Assembly (NCBI GenBank): GCA_964016885.1
Contig: OZ024743.1
Location: 57,040,001-57,104,000, forward strand
DNA from: Eledone cirrhosa
Taxonomy: Eukaryota
Direction of reading: 5' to 3'
Length of the DNA stretch: 64,000 bases
Part shown: positions 62,840 to 64,000 of the stretch, in pieces
Layout of the letters: the number at the start of each line of letters is the position of its first letter
Numbering within the stretch: the stretch's first letter is position 1
The notes under the pieces: generated by a model
The model's database searches: none
Seen by the model: the letters and a program-made list of their open reading frames with translations, nothing else
Told to the model about the DNA's origin: nothing
Made by a program: the position numbers and the translations under genes

Positions 62840-62852
62840 GTTGCTAGGCAAC
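62840..62852. promoter_or_regulatory. RFX X-box-like palindrome
   Basis: GTTGCTAGGCAAC in non-repetitive sequence, ~210 bp from a minus-strand GTGAGT donor at 62627. Confidence 0.45.
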
Positions 62853-63319
62853 AGAAGACATATTTATTCCATTTAAACGTACGATTAAAAAATGTTTATG
62901 TTCAAGATAGGTTCGATGAAATAGTAGAGCGCTTAGAATGAAATTGAAACATTTAACAATGATTGCTCCAAATACTGAATCAAATATAAACTTAGGCGCG
63001 CACACACACACACATGCATGCATACACTTATATACATAGCTAGCGGTATGTTCAATGTTTCGTATGTGTTTATGCTAACACACATACACACTCACACGTT
63101 TAAATACATAACTGGCTGTATGTTGTGCGTGTATTTAACAGGAAATAAGATGTTGCCAAATGCTGTTAGAACTTAACGGATAACGCTGGAATTAATGAGC
63201 AGCATTCGGATTTTTTTTTCTGTGTGTATGTGTGTGTGTATATCATATATATGTGTGTGTATATATATATATGTTTGTGTATAAAAAAATATATATAAAA
63301 CATATATATTTATTTATGT

Positions 63320-63388
63320 GTGTGTGTGAAGAGAATGTATGTGTATGTATATATGTACATGTGTATATATATGTATGTGTGAAGATAA

Positions 63389-63443
<55 letters not shown>

Positions 63444-63453
63444 GTGAAGATAA

Positions 63454-63504
<51 letters not shown>

Positions 63505-63514
63505 GTGAAGATAA

Positions 63515-63569
<55 letters not shown>

Positions 63570-63579
63570 GTGAAGATAA

Positions 63580-63632
<53 letters not shown>

Positions 63633-63642
63633 GTGAAGATAA

Positions 63643-63695
<53 letters not shown>

Positions 63696-63705
63696 GTGAA
63701 GATAA

Positions 63706-63748
<43 letters not shown>

Positions 63749-63939
63749 ATTTGTGTATACAAAGAATATATATATATTTATCTTTATGTATTTATGTATG
63801 TGTATATATATATATATATACGTGTATGTGTGTGTATATAAATACGTGTATGTGTGTGTATATAAATACGTGTATGTGTGTGTATATAAATACGTGTATG
63901 TGTGTGTATATAAATACGTGTATGTGTGTGTATATAAAT

Positions 63940-64000
<61 letters not shown>
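63320..64000. repeat. Compound tandem repeats: ~50-58-bp gaagataatatatgtg(ta)n unit, 24-bp tacgtgtatgtgtgtgtatataaa unit, then (GT)n
   Basis: Direct inspection. Confidence 0.9.

Overview
AT-rich eukaryotic (animal) DNA; the SINE families and (TA/CA)n content suggest a cephalopod such as Octopus (inference). Bases 1-27.4 kb are mostly giant (TA)n/(TACA)n microsatellite arrays, so the long Y/I-rich ORFs in the track are artefacts. These arrays hold nested retroelements: three Penelope-like elements (PLEs), a decayed CR1-clade LINE plus a second 3' stub of it, SINEs and a Helitron-like element. One PLE has RT+GIY-YIG and an ~880-bp inverted pseudo-LTR. The one clear host gene is a minus-strand LRR-Ig-TM receptor (Kekkon/LRRC24-like, 33333-35765). 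It probably has a 53-nt upstream exon that supplies the ATG (39948-40000), and possibly a first exon and RFX X-box promoter near 62.6-62.9 kb. The putative intron(s) are full of SINEs, mariner/RTE/Helitron relics and minisatellites. The most notable signals are (i) several minimal type I hammerhead ribozyme motifs with different catalytic-core variants, including a U3-A8 covariant and a canonical copy in sense orientation in the putative intron, and (ii) three long near-perfect fold-back hairpins at 53.8-58.1 kb.
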